From: a virus
DNA length: 64,000 nucleotides
Reading direction: 5' to 3' (one strand)
IMG/VR virus record: IMGVR_UViG_3300005805_000049
Span: 1-64,000 of that record
A program made the position numbers and the translations under genes. The notes under the pieces were generated by a model. That model worked only from the letters and a program-made list of their open reading frames with translations. It did not search any database and was not told the DNA's origin. Shown here piece by piece: positions 28,546 through 38,554 of this stretch (the stretch's first letter is position 1; every line of letters starts with the position of its first letter).

Positions 28546-30185
28546 GTTCTAGTATACAAGGGTATAGAGGATCTTCAACCCTAAAACGAGCTAATACGCC
28601 AATTCAATGGACTCCAGAGCTGATTGAGGAATTGGTCAAATGCTCTAAAGATCCTTTATACTTTGCTGAAAACCATATGAAAATTGTTAGTAAAGACGAT
28701 GGTCTGATAACAATTCCTCTATTCGATTATCAAAAAGAAATCATAACATCTGTATTAAATGAAAAATATACAGTAGCTGAATGTTCACGTCAGGCTGGTA
28801 AGACAACTAGTATCACAGTATTCGTTCTTTGGTATATTCTTTTCAACGAGCACAAAACGGTAGCTATCCTTGCCAACAAAGCGGAAACGGCAAGAGAAAT
28901 TCTGTCCAGAATTCAGCTAGCATATGAACATCTTCCTAAATGGTTGCAGCAAGGTGTGATTGAATGGAACAAAGGATCTTTTGAACTAGAAAATGGTTCG
29001 AAGGTTCTCGCAGCTGCAACATCTTCAAATAACATTCGTGGTTTTGCAGTCAACCTACTAGTAATCGATGAGGCCGCTTTCGTAGAAAACTGGAATGAAT
29101 TCTTTACCTCAGTATTTCCAACTATTTCTGCAGGTAAGACTTCAAAAATTGTTCTAATATCTACTGTTAATGGTCTGAACCATTTCTACAAAATAACTTC
29201 ATTGGCTCGTCAAGGCAAAAACAATTATAAATTGATTTCGGTGCCATGGCAACGAGTGCCGGGTAGAGATGAGAAGTGGAAGCAAGATACTCTTGCTGGT
29301 ATGAATTTTGACCACGACAAATTTGCACAAGAATTTGAAAACCAATATCTTGGGTCTTCAGGAACGCTAATTGCTGGCTGGAAACTGCAACAATTAGTTG
29401 CGCAACAACCAGTGTTCGAGACGATGAATATCAAGCAGTATTGCAAACCGGAAAAAGGCAGAACATATGTTGGAATAGCAGATGTTTCGCGGGGAAAAGG
29501 CTTAGATTATTCGGCGTTGCAAGTAATAGATGTTACTGAAATGCCATACAAACAAGTTTTAACATACCGCGATAACATGACAACGCCAGCAGATTTTGCA
29601 GAACTGATTCATCGAATCGGCATTCAGTATAATAACTGCGCGATACTAGTTGAAGTAAACGACATTGGTCAACAGGTTGCAGAAACGCTATACTTTGATT
29701 TCGAGTACTCCAATATGTTGTTTAGCGAATCTGCTGGCAAATCTGGCAAACGAATCACTCAAAGTTACAAGTCAAATTCAGCGACCGATAAAGGAATCAG
29801 AACAACAAAAACTGTCAAATCGATCGGATGTTCAATGCTTAAACTGCTAATTGAACAAGATCAATTGATAATTAATGACTTTGATACGATCCACGAATTG
29901 TCCACCTTTTCCAAAAAGAATCAAACGTATCAAGCAGAGCCTGGATGTCATGATGATTTAGTAATGTGCTTGGTGCTGTTTGGTTATCTGTCTGAACAAC
30001 CGTTCTTCAAGCAACTGACAGATATTAATACCTTATTAACATTGAAAGAATTGAACCACGATCAATTAGAAAATGAACTATTGCCGTTTGGGTTCATCGA
30101 TGATGGAATTCAAGATGTAGAGTACACTGACTTTGGTAGGGATCAATGGATGATCGTTGATCAAAACTATATTTTTAATAAATAG
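28542..30185 (+). CDS. gp17: Terminase large subunit gp17
   Basis: SRQAGKTT Walker A, IDEAAF Walker B, ADVSRGKGLDYS nuclease, HDDLVM. Confidence 0.97.
   Translation: MSSSIQGYRGSSTLKRANTPIQWTPELIEELVKCSKDPLYFAENHMKIVSKDDGLITIPLFDYQKEIITSVLNEKYTVAECSRQAGKTTSITVFVLWYILFNEHKTVAILANKAETAREILSRIQLAYEHLPKWLQQGVIEWNKGSFELENGSKVLAAATSSNNIRGFAVNLLVIDEAAFVENWNEFFTSVFPTISAGKTSKIVLISTVNGLNHFYKITSLARQGKNNYKLISVPWQRVPGRDEKWKQDTLAGMNFDHDKFAQEFENQYLGSSGTLIAGWKLQQLVAQQPVFETMNIKQYCKPEKGRTYVGIADVSRGKGLDYSALQVIDVTEMPYKQVLTYRDNMTTPADFAELIHRIGIQYNNCAILVEVNDIGQQVAETLYFDFEYSNMLFSESAGKSGKRITQSYKSNSATDKGIRTTKTVKSIGCSMLKLLIEQDQLIINDFDTIHELSTFSKKNQTYQAEPGCHDDLVMCLVLFGYLSEQPFFKQLTDINTLLTLKELNHDQLENELLPFGFIDDGIQDVEYTDFGRDQWMIVDQNYIFNK
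30177..30184 (+). promoter_or_regulatory. Late promoter variant AATAAATA
   Basis: At the end of gp17, upstream of gp18, where T4-like phages usually have a late promoter. Confidence 0.65.
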
Positions 30186-30230
30186 TTTTGAATTCAATAA
30201 TAATAACAATCCTAACAAAGGGAGAATACA

Positions 30231-32732
30231 ATGGCAACTTCGTTAATTTCACCCGGCGTAGAAGTAAGAGAAATAGATCTTACTACGATTGTTCCATCAG
30301 TATCAACAACTGAAGGTGCAATTGCCGGGGTATTTCGTTGGGGACCAATTGAACAACGTGTTCTAATTGACTCCGAGACACAGCTAGTTAATAGATTTGG
30401 AAAGCCGACAAATCTTAATGCTGAAACCTTTTTCACAGCCGCATCATTTCTTGCGTATGGCAACCGCTTGTACGTTTCTCGTGCTGCTAATACCGCTGGA
30501 CTAACTCCTTCCGTTACAGTTTCTGTCGAAGCTTCAAATGCAACAGTAGTGCTTGATTCAGGCAACACGGCTGGTCTTGAAGCTGGAATGCTAGTAATCA
30601 GTTCAGCTAATTCAGGGCTCGCTGTTGGTGCTACTATTTCAAGCATTACAAATTCAACTGCATTTGCGTTAACTCAGGCATCAGATGCAATCGCAAACAG
30701 CACTGGCGATGACGTTCAGTTTGTCACAAACACTGCATTCTCTGCAGTTGCAAACACTGCAGCAGTTGCTAACCTTGAGTACCAAATTGTTAAAAATGAG
30801 ACTCACTTTACTACAAAAGAAGGTGCATTCGATTCTGACGTTAAATTTGTTGCTCGCTTTCCCGGAGAACTTGGTAACTCATTAAAGATCTCAGTGTGCG
30901 GCAATTCTGCTGGTTATACATCAACTGTTAACCTTGCGTCTTCAAACGCAACTGCAAATATTACATTTACTTCAGGTTCAAACTCTGCGTTAATGACCGT
31001 TAATGGTACTGTTGCAGAAGCAACCACGTTAGTTGGCAATTTCCAGACAACTGACAAGATCGAGGTTGGTAATACACTAATTGGTACACAGTATTTAACT
31101 GTAACTGCTATCTCAAATGCTACAAGCACGAGTTCTGGAACCAGACTTGATAGCGTTAAATCGCTAGTATTAGATTATGAAAATGGCAACACGACTGTTA
31201 CCGTTTCTTCTGGTAATACAGCAAACGTGCTTGCCGGGTATGTGTTCACGTCGACTACAGCAGCTGCAAATGGATTAACTGTTGCCAGCGTAACAAACAG
31301 CACTTCATTTGAAGTAACGACTGCTCCAACAGCCAACGGAACTTCTGTTACAGCAACAGTCAATAATCCAGTTCCAGTATTCAACACGCAATATACAATT
31401 AGCCTTGAAGACCGTTACACTCTCGCTGAAGACTATACTTTTGCGTCTAATAATGCAACTCTTCGTACAGTTAATAGATATTGGGAATTCTTCAATCTAG
31501 TTGATGCAGCGCCAGGACAATCTGATTATCAACGTCAATTTGGCAACTCTTCTGTTAATTCAGATGAAATGCATATCGTTGTAACAGATGAAGGTGGCAA
31601 ATTCACTGGTGTTCCCGGAACAGTACTTGAAGTATATCGTGCAGTTTCTCGTGCAACAGATGCAAAGACAATTGACGGCGCTTCTAATCACTGGAAAACA
31701 GTTATTAATGACGCATCTCAGTATCTATATGCAGTAAACGATATTTCTGGAGCTGCTTCTCAGACTGCAGAAAATCTTACAAGCTCAACGCTTGATGTTG
31801 TTTCATACAGAATGGCTCTCGGCAGAGATGGAAGAGACGAAGCTAATATCCAGCGTTCAGTAGTAACTGCTGCCTACGACATGTTTAAGTCAACCGAAGA
31901 CGTTGAAGTGTCATTAATTCTAACAGGTAAATCAACAAATTATCAATTAGCAAATTACCTGATTGATAACATTGCTGAAATTAGAAAAGACTGCATCGTT
32001 CTAGTATCTCCTCAAAAAGGCGATGTTGTAAACAACGTTGGTCAAGAAGCTGATGCAATCGTGTCGTTCCGCAACAACCTAAGATCGACATCTTATGCTG
32101 TACTAGATTCTGGTTACAAGTATATGTACGACCGTTACAATGACATTTACCGTTGGATTCCTCTAAATGGTGATGTTGCTGGTCTTTGCGTTCGCACAGA
32201 TTCAACAAACGATGCTTGGTGGTCACCAGCTGGTTACAATCGCGGTCAAATTAAAAATGTTGTTAAACTAGCGTTCAATCCAAGACAATCTGAACGTGAT
32301 ACTCTTTATAAGAATGGAATCAACCCAGTAGTGACTTTCCCTGGTCAAGGAACGATTCTATTTGGTGACAAGACGCTGTTAGCAAAGCCATCGGCATTTG
32401 ATCGTATCAACGTCCGTCGTCTATTCATTGTTCTCGAAAAAGCAATTTCTCGTGCTTCAAAGTACACACTATTCGAGTTCAACGATGAATTTACACGCTT
32501 GCAATTTAAGAATCTAGTTGTTCCATATCTTCGCGACATTCAAGGTCGTCGAGGTATCACAGACTTCTTAGTTGTTTGCGACGGAACAAACAACACGCCA
32601 GAAGTAATTGATCGTAATGAGTTTGTTGGTGATATCTACATTAAACCAAACAGAAGCGTGAATTTTATTCAGTTGAACTTCGTAGCAGTCCGTACTGGTA
32701 TTGCTTTTTCGGAAGTAATTGGTAGATTTTAG
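30231..32732 (+). CDS. gp18: Tail sheath protein gp18
   Basis: SPGVEVREIDLT, W.SPAGYNRG, SAFDRINVRRLF, FEFND.FTR. Confidence 0.97.
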   Translation: MATSLISPGVEVREIDLTTIVPSVSTTEGAIAGVFRWGPIEQRVLIDSETQLVNRFGKPTNLNAETFFTAASFLAYGNRLYVSRAANTAGLTPSVTVSVEASNATVVLDSGNTAGLEAGMLVISSANSGLAVGATISSITNSTAFALTQASDAIANSTGDDVQFVTNTAFSAVANTAAVANLEYQIVKNETHFTTKEGAFDSDVKFVARFPGELGNSLKISVCGNSAGYTSTVNLASSNATANITFTSGSNSALMTVNGTVAEATTLVGNFQTTDKIEVGNTLIGTQYLTVTAISNATSTSSGTRLDSVKSLVLDYENGNTTVTVSSGNTANVLAGYVFTSTTAAANGLTVASVTNSTSFEVTTAPTANGTSVTATVNNPVPVFNTQYTISLEDRYTLAEDYTFASNNATLRTVNRYWEFFNLVDAAPGQSDYQRQFGNSSVNSDEMHIVVTDEGGKFTGVPGTVLEVYRAVSRATDAKTIDGASNHWKTVINDASQYLYAVNDISGAASQTAENLTSSTLDVVSYRMALGRDGRDEANIQRSVVTAAYDMFKSTEDVEVSLILTGKSTNYQLANYLIDNIAEIRKDCIVLVSPQKGDVVNNVGQEADAIVSFRNNLRSTSYAVLDSGYKYMYDRYNDIYRWIPLNGDVAGLCVRTDSTNDAWWSPAGYNRGQIKNVVKLAFNPRQSERDTLYKNGINPVVTFPGQGTILFGDKTLLAKPSAFDRINVRRLFIVLEKAISRASKYTLFEFNDEFTRLQFKNLVVPYLRDIQGRRGITDFLVVCDGTNNTPEVIDRNEFVGDIYIKPNRSVNFIQLNFVAVRTGIAFSEVIGRF

Positions 32733-32757
32733 AACAAAGCCAAGGAGATGAAACAAA

Positions 32758-33606
32758 ATGTGTATTATAAATGATCTAAAAAAACAAAGATTAATCAATG
32801 ATAATGAAAAAGTTTCTCCTTGGTTAGAACGAAAAATAAGTGAAGATTTAAGAAAAAAAATACTCCGGGAGACTTGTTTCCTGGAGTATAATGCCAAATT
32901 GTCAGATCGTATAAAAATTATCCAACTTGGTATAAAGGAGCAGCCTAAATGCAAGTGCGGAAACGTTTTAAAATATGAAAAAACACTTTCTAATTTTACA
33001 GAGTATTGCTCAGTATCATGTGTTTCATTGTATACCATAGAAAAAAAACTTGATACCAATCAAGAACGATATGGCAAGCGTTCTATGTTCGCTACAATAT
33101 CTAAAGAACAAAAAACAATTAACGCTAAAAAAGCAGCAGATATTAGTAAAAAATCAATATTAAAGAAATATGGTGTAACCAACGTCATGTACGTTCCAGA
33201 AGTTAAAAAAAATCATTTAGAAAAAGTTAGAGACCAAAAATTTCAAAACAAACGGATATCCACAAGAAGTAAAACTAATAAACATTATTGTTATGACACG
33301 AACGATTTAAACAGTTATAGAAGAGCAGTATTACATTACACCAGACACTCTGGGTTTGAATCGTTACCCAACCATGATAAAAGAGGACGTAGTGGCACTG
33401 AAGGCGCATATCAGTTGGATCATAAAATTTCTATATTTGAAGGGTTTATTAAAAAAATCGACCCTCAAATTATAGGATCAATTAATAATCTGCAATATAT
33501 TACTTGGCAGGAAAACGTCAAGAAGAGTTGTACATTTGTTATTATAAATAGTACAGACACCATTTTCAACAATAATAAAAATAAGGAGTCACGAAATGGC
33601 TTTTAA
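32758..33606 (+). mobile_element. Free-standing HNH homing endonuclease between gp18 and gp19
   Basis: CxC..YCS..C zinc motif, RYG/KYGV repeats, C-term YQLDHKISI...NNLQYITWQEN; visibly more A-rich than its flanks. Confidence 0.75.
33543..33550 (+). promoter_or_regulatory. T4-type late promoter for gp19
   Basis: Exact TATAAATA inside the HNH gene 3' end. Confidence 0.75.
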
Positions 33607-34204
33607 TGTTAATGATTTCAGGTCGAATGGGTTGAGCCTCGGTGGCGCTCGTCCATCTCTATTTGAAATTGTTTTTCCTGAATGGCCAGGGTCTGCTGGT
33701 ACTGATGCCAGACAGAAACTTACGCTATTAGCAAAAGCATCGCAAATTCCACCTTCAATCATCGGTCAGGTGGAGATCCCATATTTTGGCCGTCGAATTA
33801 AACTAGTTGGCGATAGAGTTTATACCAACTGGAATGTCACTATTATGAACGACGAAGATTACTCAATTCGTCAAGCAATGGAAGATTGGCATGCTCAGCT
33901 AAATTCTCACGTTGGCAACTTAATGACGACTGATAGTGCACCAAGACCTGGCACATCAACTACCAGTTCTACCTCTGGTTATAAAAGAGATGCCATCGTC
34001 AATCATTATTCAAAAACTGGAACTCTATTAAAGACATACACAATGGTTGGGTTATTTCCTGTAACAATCAGCGAAATGGCACTTGATTGGGAAGCTATTG
34101 ATCAGGTTCAGCAGTTTGATGTTGAGTTTGCTCTAGATTATTGGGTTCCATATGAGATCAATTCAAGTTCCCAACAAGTTGAGACTCAGTTAACTATCGG
34201 ATAA
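33596..34204 (+). CDS. gp19: Tail tube protein gp19
   Basis: GGARPSLF, YFGR.IK..GDR....W..T..NDED, FP..I....LDW. Confidence 0.95.
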   Translation: MAFNVNDFRSNGLSLGGARPSLFEIVFPEWPGSAGTDARQKLTLLAKASQIPPSIIGQVEIPYFGRRIKLVGDRVYTNWNVTIMNDEDYSIRQAMEDWHAQLNSHVGNLMTTDSAPRPGTSTTSSTSGYKRDAIVNHYSKTGTLLKTYTMVGLFPVTISEMALDWEAIDQVQQFDVEFALDYWVPYEINSSSQQVETQLTIG

Positions 34205-34217
34205 GAGATAACAATAG

Positions 34218-35747
34218 ATGAAATTATTTGGCTTTAGAATTGAGCGTGATACAGAAGAAGATATCCAGACCCAGAAATCGTTTGCTGCTGAAGTGACCGA
34301 TGACGGAGCAGTATTAGTTGCTGCTGGAGGCACTTTTGGTACTTATGTGGATTTAGATGGGACAGTTCGCACTGAAGCTGAATTGGTTTCAAAATACCGT
34401 GAAATGGCTTTGCAACCAGAAATTGGCAAAGCGGTCGATGAAGTAACTAACGAAGCAATAGTTATCGAGGACGACGAACCAATCGTTGAAATCGTCCTCG
34501 ATGATATGCCAGTTCAAGACAACCTAAAAAAAGTAATATCACAAGAGTTTGAAAACATTCTGAGCATCATCGATTTCCAAAACGATGCATACGACATGTT
34601 TAAGAGATGGTACATCGATGGACGCAGTTATTATCATGTAATCATCGATGAAAATGCTCTGGACGAAGGGATTAAAGAATTAAGATACGTTGATCCACGT
34701 AAGATTCGAAAGATTAGAGAGATTCAAAAGACTTCGGATCCAGCGACTGGCGTGCCAGTACAGATAACAAAAGCTGAGTATTATATGTATAATGACAGGG
34801 GATTCAACTATTCAAACAGACAAGCGATCCCTGATTCTAGCACTTCAACAGGAATCAGAATCCAGCCAGATTCAATCATTCATGTGACTTCTGGAATTAT
34901 GGATGAGAACAATACAATGGTATTGTCATATCTCCATCCGGCAATTAAACCGTTGAATCAGTTAAGAGCTTTAGAAGATTCATCATTGATTTATCACTTG
35001 TCAAGAGCTCCTGAAAGAAGAATTTTCTATATTGATGTTGGCAATTTGCCAAAAATGAAAGCAGAGCAGTATGTTCGAGAGATGATGGTTAAATATAAAA
35101 ACAAGTTGTCATACAATGCGCAAACCGGCGAAATCAAAGATGATCGCAAATTCATGACGATGCTGGAAGATTATTGGCTTCCAAGACGTGAAGGTGGTAG
35201 AGGCACGGAAATTGATGTGCTTCAAGGAGGTACAGCATTGCCTCAACTTCTTGAGTCTGTTCAATACTTTCAAGACAGATTGTATAGGTCGTTACAAGTT
35301 CCTTTGACCAGAATGAAACCTGATGCTGTATATAATCTTGGTAGGGCGACTGAAATTACAAGAGATGAAGTAAACTTTTCAAAGTTTATCAATCGAGTAA
35401 GATCAAAATTTGCCTATTTATTCATATCAGCGCTCGAGAAACAATTAGTGTTGAAAAGAATCGTTGCGCCGGAAGATTGGGAACAGTTAAAACGCTATCT
35501 GAAGTTTAAGTTTAACAAAGACAATTACTTTGCTGAGCTCAAAGACCTTGAATTGATGAACGATCGGTTCGTTCGTCTTCAAGAAATTGATCAGTATGCT
35601 GGAAAGTACTATTCCCATACCTGGGTACGTAAAAACATTCTTAAACAGACTGACAAAGACATCGAAGAGAACGATCAACAGATCTATCAAGAGTTTGAAA
35701 ACCCACAATTTAATCAAGAGTTATTGCAACAAGAAATAATGCAATAA
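34218..35747 (+). CDS. gp20: Portal protein gp20
   Basis: WYIDGR, IKPLNQLR..ED, RAPERRIFYIDVGNLPK.KAEQY, EDYWLPRREGGRGTEI. Confidence 0.97.
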   Translation: MKLFGFRIERDTEEDIQTQKSFAAEVTDDGAVLVAAGGTFGTYVDLDGTVRTEAELVSKYREMALQPEIGKAVDEVTNEAIVIEDDEPIVEIVLDDMPVQDNLKKVISQEFENILSIIDFQNDAYDMFKRWYIDGRSYYHVIIDENALDEGIKELRYVDPRKIRKIREIQKTSDPATGVPVQITKAEYYMYNDRGFNYSNRQAIPDSSTSTGIRIQPDSIIHVTSGIMDENNTMVLSYLHPAIKPLNQLRALEDSSLIYHLSRAPERRIFYIDVGNLPKMKAEQYVREMMVKYKNKLSYNAQTGEIKDDRKFMTMLEDYWLPRREGGRGTEIDVLQGGTALPQLLESVQYFQDRLYRSLQVPLTRMKPDAVYNLGRATEITRDEVNFSKFINRVRSKFAYLFISALEKQLVLKRIVAPEDWEQLKRYLKFKFNKDNYFAELKDLELMNDRFVRLQEIDQYAGKYYSHTWVRKNILKQTDKDIEENDQQIYQEFENPQFNQELLQQEIMQ

Positions 35748-35772
35748 CAAGCACAAAATCAGGAGACCCCTA

Positions 35773-36045
35773 ATGTCAAACGTAAGTAACCTAATCATCG
35801 AAGCTATCGAAAAAAAGCCATATGACATGAAAGGCACCTTTCATCAGTTAATGGCTAGCAAAATTGAAGAAGCTTTAGAAGCAAAGAAAATTGAAGTCGC
35901 AGAGTCATTCTTCGGTCCAGAAGATCAAGAAGTTGAAGACACGTTCGAAGAAGATCTTGGGGGCAACAAGTCCGAAGACGATTCGTCTGATTCAGACGAA
36001 GAAGATGACACAGATGAAACTGAAGACGAGTCAGAGGACGAATAA
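35773..36045 (+). CDS. Prohead core protein gp67-like
   Basis: Small acidic protein directly after the portal gene. Confidence 0.7.
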   Translation: MSNVSNLIIEAIEKKPYDMKGTFHQLMASKIEEALEAKKIEVAESFFGPEDQEVEDTFEEDLGGNKSEDDSSDSDEEDDTDETEDESEDE

Positions 36046-36047
36046 CG

Positions 36048-36425
36048 ATGGGTAAACTGCTAAAAGATTTTCTTGCTGAGTTATACGAACCTCGTTCTCC
36101 AGACGAGAAGAAGTTCGTTGATAAGCACGTAATTACAAAATTCAAGAACATGTATTCCGGAGAAGAGTATGATCCCGTATTCAAAGGATCAAAAGTAGCT
36201 CCAATCGATCGTGAAAAAGAACGTCATGGGTATAGTTCTGGCGCTGATGAAAAAGTATATGAGGAGGTTGAGCCGCTCGATGAGGTTCTAAAAGTTTCTG
36301 ATGGTATCGGTAAGTGGATCTCTGATTTTGTTAAATCAGATAACCCAAAGTTTGCCGGCAAATCTAAGAAAGAACGTCAAAAGCAAGCTATTGCCGCTTT
36401 CTATGCTGCAAAACGTAAAGGTTAA
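36048..36425 (+). CDS. Prohead core protein (gp68 position)
   Basis: LKDFLAE leader; DFVKSDNPKFAGKSKKER...AIAAFY motif; synteny. Confidence 0.6.
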   Translation: MGKLLKDFLAELYEPRSPDEKKFVDKHVITKFKNMYSGEEYDPVFKGSKVAPIDREKERHGYSSGADEKVYEEVEPLDEVLKVSDGIGKWISDFVKSDNPKFAGKSKKERQKQAIAAFYAAKRKG

Positions 36426-36427
36426 TT

Positions 36428-36802
36428 ATGGCAAGTTCAATCATTCATAACAGAAAAAATCTATCTGTTACTGTGCATGCAACGTCAAATACTACGTTAA
36501 CGATTGCTGGTAACAACTCAGTTTCTAACGTAGCAATTGGTGATGAGGTGTTAACTGGCGCTGCAATTAAGCAAATATGGGCATCTAGTCCTTCGGGCAA
36601 CGGAGCGTATTGGACAGTTAAACGTGGAGCAAATACTGTAGTGGTTATGGACTCTACATCGTGGTTTGATTTTGCGGGCAATGGCAATTTATTAAACAAA
36701 GATTCTTCTGCAACTCTAGTATTGGAGCTTTCCAATGTTGGCGACGATCAAGGTTTCATTATGATCGAATTGCAGAAAGAAGGTACCCCAGTACAGTACT
36801 AA
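36428..36802 (+). CDS. Head-region hypothetical protein
   Basis: 124-aa beta-rich ORF between the core genes and gp21. Confidence 0.6.
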   Translation: MASSIIHNRKNLSVTVHATSNTTLTIAGNNSVSNVAIGDEVLTGAAIKQIWASSPSGNGAYWTVKRGANTVVVMDSTSWFDFAGNGNLLNKDSSATLVLELSNVGDDQGFIMIELQKEGTPVQY

Positions 36803-36813
36803 GGAAAAGCAAA

Positions 36814-37461
36814 ATGAAACTTATTACAGAGTTAATGGAAGGAATTTCTTACATTTCTGAAGCAAGAGAAGACGGTAAGAAAAACCTTTATATTGAAGGA
36901 GTATTCATGCAATATGATACTCCAAATAGAAACGGAAGAATCTACAATCGCTCTATTATGGAACGAGAAGTTAATCGTTATGTCAATGAAGTAGTTTCAC
37001 AAAAAAGAGCTTATGGCGAACTGAACCACCCATCCGGACCCCAAATTAATTTGGATCGTGTTTGCCACATTATCGAGAACTTAGAACTAAGGTCTAATGG
37101 TGAAGTACTTGGTAAAGCCAGAGTAGTTGATACTCCAATGGGTAATATTGTCAAAGGTCTTTTAGAAGGCGGAGCAAACCTTGGTGTTTCTTCACGAGGT
37201 CTCGGATCTTTGAAAGAAGGCAAAAATGGCATTATGGAAGTTCAACAAGACTTCCGCTTGGTCACGGCAGCCGATGTTGTCGCTGATCCATCAGCCCCAA
37301 GAGCTTATATTAATGGAATCATGGAAAACGTTGACTGGGTATTTAATGAAGCAAATGGCGAATGGATTAAACAAACTCAAAAACACATTCACTCACTATC
37401 AAAAACACAATTAGAAGAACAGAAGATTGTTCTTTTCAAAAATTTCTTGAAAACTCTTTAA
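36814..37461 (+). CDS. gp21: Prohead protease gp21
   Basis: NRNGRIY, GELNHP, GVSSRGLGS, DVVADPSAP.A. Confidence 0.96.
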   Translation: MKLITELMEGISYISEAREDGKKNLYIEGVFMQYDTPNRNGRIYNRSIMEREVNRYVNEVVSQKRAYGELNHPSGPQINLDRVCHIIENLELRSNGEVLGKARVVDTPMGNIVKGLLEGGANLGVSSRGLGSLKEGKNGIMEVQQDFRLVTAADVVADPSAPRAYINGIMENVDWVFNEANGEWIKQTQKHIHSLSKTQLEEQKIVLFKNFLKTL

Positions 37462-37462
37462 A

Positions 37463-37470
37463 TATAAATA
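37463..37470 (+). promoter_or_regulatory. T4-type late promoter TATAAATA
   Basis: Exact consensus, intergenic before gp22. Confidence 0.85.
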
Positions 37471-37499
37471 AACTAAAATATCCCAAAAGGAGACAATAA

Positions 37500-38501
37500 A
37501 TGGCTAAAAAGAAGTTAGAAGAACAAGTTGAAAATGTAGAAATTGATTCTTCTGTTGACGAAACAATTGAAGAAACAACTGCATCAGATTCAATTGAAAT
37601 GCAACCATCAGACGCTTCACGTGCATCGATGATGGCTCAGGCTACCACACAAATGGCTGCAATGGACAAGTCAATGCTTGCTCAAGTACTAGCAATGATG
37701 AACTCCAAAGAGTTTGCCAAAAACATTCCCGACGACGCTGCTGACAAAAACCGTCAGTCAGTTGCAATGAAGGGTGCAATGAAAGAAGACGTTGCTGAGC
37801 TATTCGATGGCGAGCAACTTTCCGAAGAATTTAAAGAAAAGACTGCTGTTCTATTCGAAGCTGCAGTGACAGCTCGTGTAAATCAGATCGAAGTTGAACT
37901 AAAGGAAAAGTTTGATAGCGATCTTGAACAGCAAGTTGGTGAGATTACTGAAACGCTTTCTGAACAAGTCGATCAGTATCTTTCATATGTTGCCGAACAA
38001 TGGGTCAAAGAAAATCAAATTGCGATTGAATCGTCACTTCGCAATGAAATGACCGAAAGCTTCATTGTTGGTCTAAAGGATCTGTTTGAGCAACATTACA
38101 TTCAATTCCCTGAAGACAAAGTAGACGTTGTCGAAGCTCTTGCTGAAAAGGTTGACAACCTCGAAGAACAACTGAATGACCAAATCAATGCGAACCTCGA
38201 ACTAGTCGAAGCTGTTCATGAATATTCAAAGAAACAGCTATTGGACGAAGCTTCTGAAGGACTGGCACTCTCTCAAGTTGAGAAGTTCCATACGCTTGCT
38301 GAGTCAGTAGAGTTTGACTATGACGAAGAAGCTTATAAGAATAAGCTGAATATCATCAAAGAAAAATATTTTGGCGCAAAAGCGAAACCATCTACACTAT
38401 TCGAGTCAGTTGAAGTTGAGAAAACCGAAAGTGAACCAGTGTACTTGGAACCACAAATTGCTAACTATGCCAAAGCGATTTCACGTACCATCAAAAGATA
38501 A
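37500..38501 (+). CDS. gp22: Prohead core scaffold gp22
   Basis: LSEEFKEK...LFEAAV, VDQYL.YV.E.W..EN..AIE, LKDLF..HYI..P. Confidence 0.93.
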   Translation: MAKKKLEEQVENVEIDSSVDETIEETTASDSIEMQPSDASRASMMAQATTQMAAMDKSMLAQVLAMMNSKEFAKNIPDDAADKNRQSVAMKGAMKEDVAELFDGEQLSEEFKEKTAVLFEAAVTARVNQIEVELKEKFDSDLEQQVGEITETLSEQVDQYLSYVAEQWVKENQIAIESSLRNEMTESFIVGLKDLFEQHYIQFPEDKVDVVEALAEKVDNLEEQLNDQINANLELVEAVHEYSKKQLLDEASEGLALSQVEKFHTLAESVEFDYDEEAYKNKLNIIKEKYFGAKAKPSTLFESVEVEKTESEPVYLEPQIANYAKAISRTIKR

Positions 38502-38508
38502 GTTATTT

Positions 38509-38516
38509 TATAAATA
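38509..38516 (+). promoter_or_regulatory. T4-type late promoter TATAAATA
   Basis: Exact consensus before gp23. Confidence 0.88.
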
Positions 38517-38554
38517 GTAAATAAACCCAAAAAATAAAAGGGAGAATAATAAAA

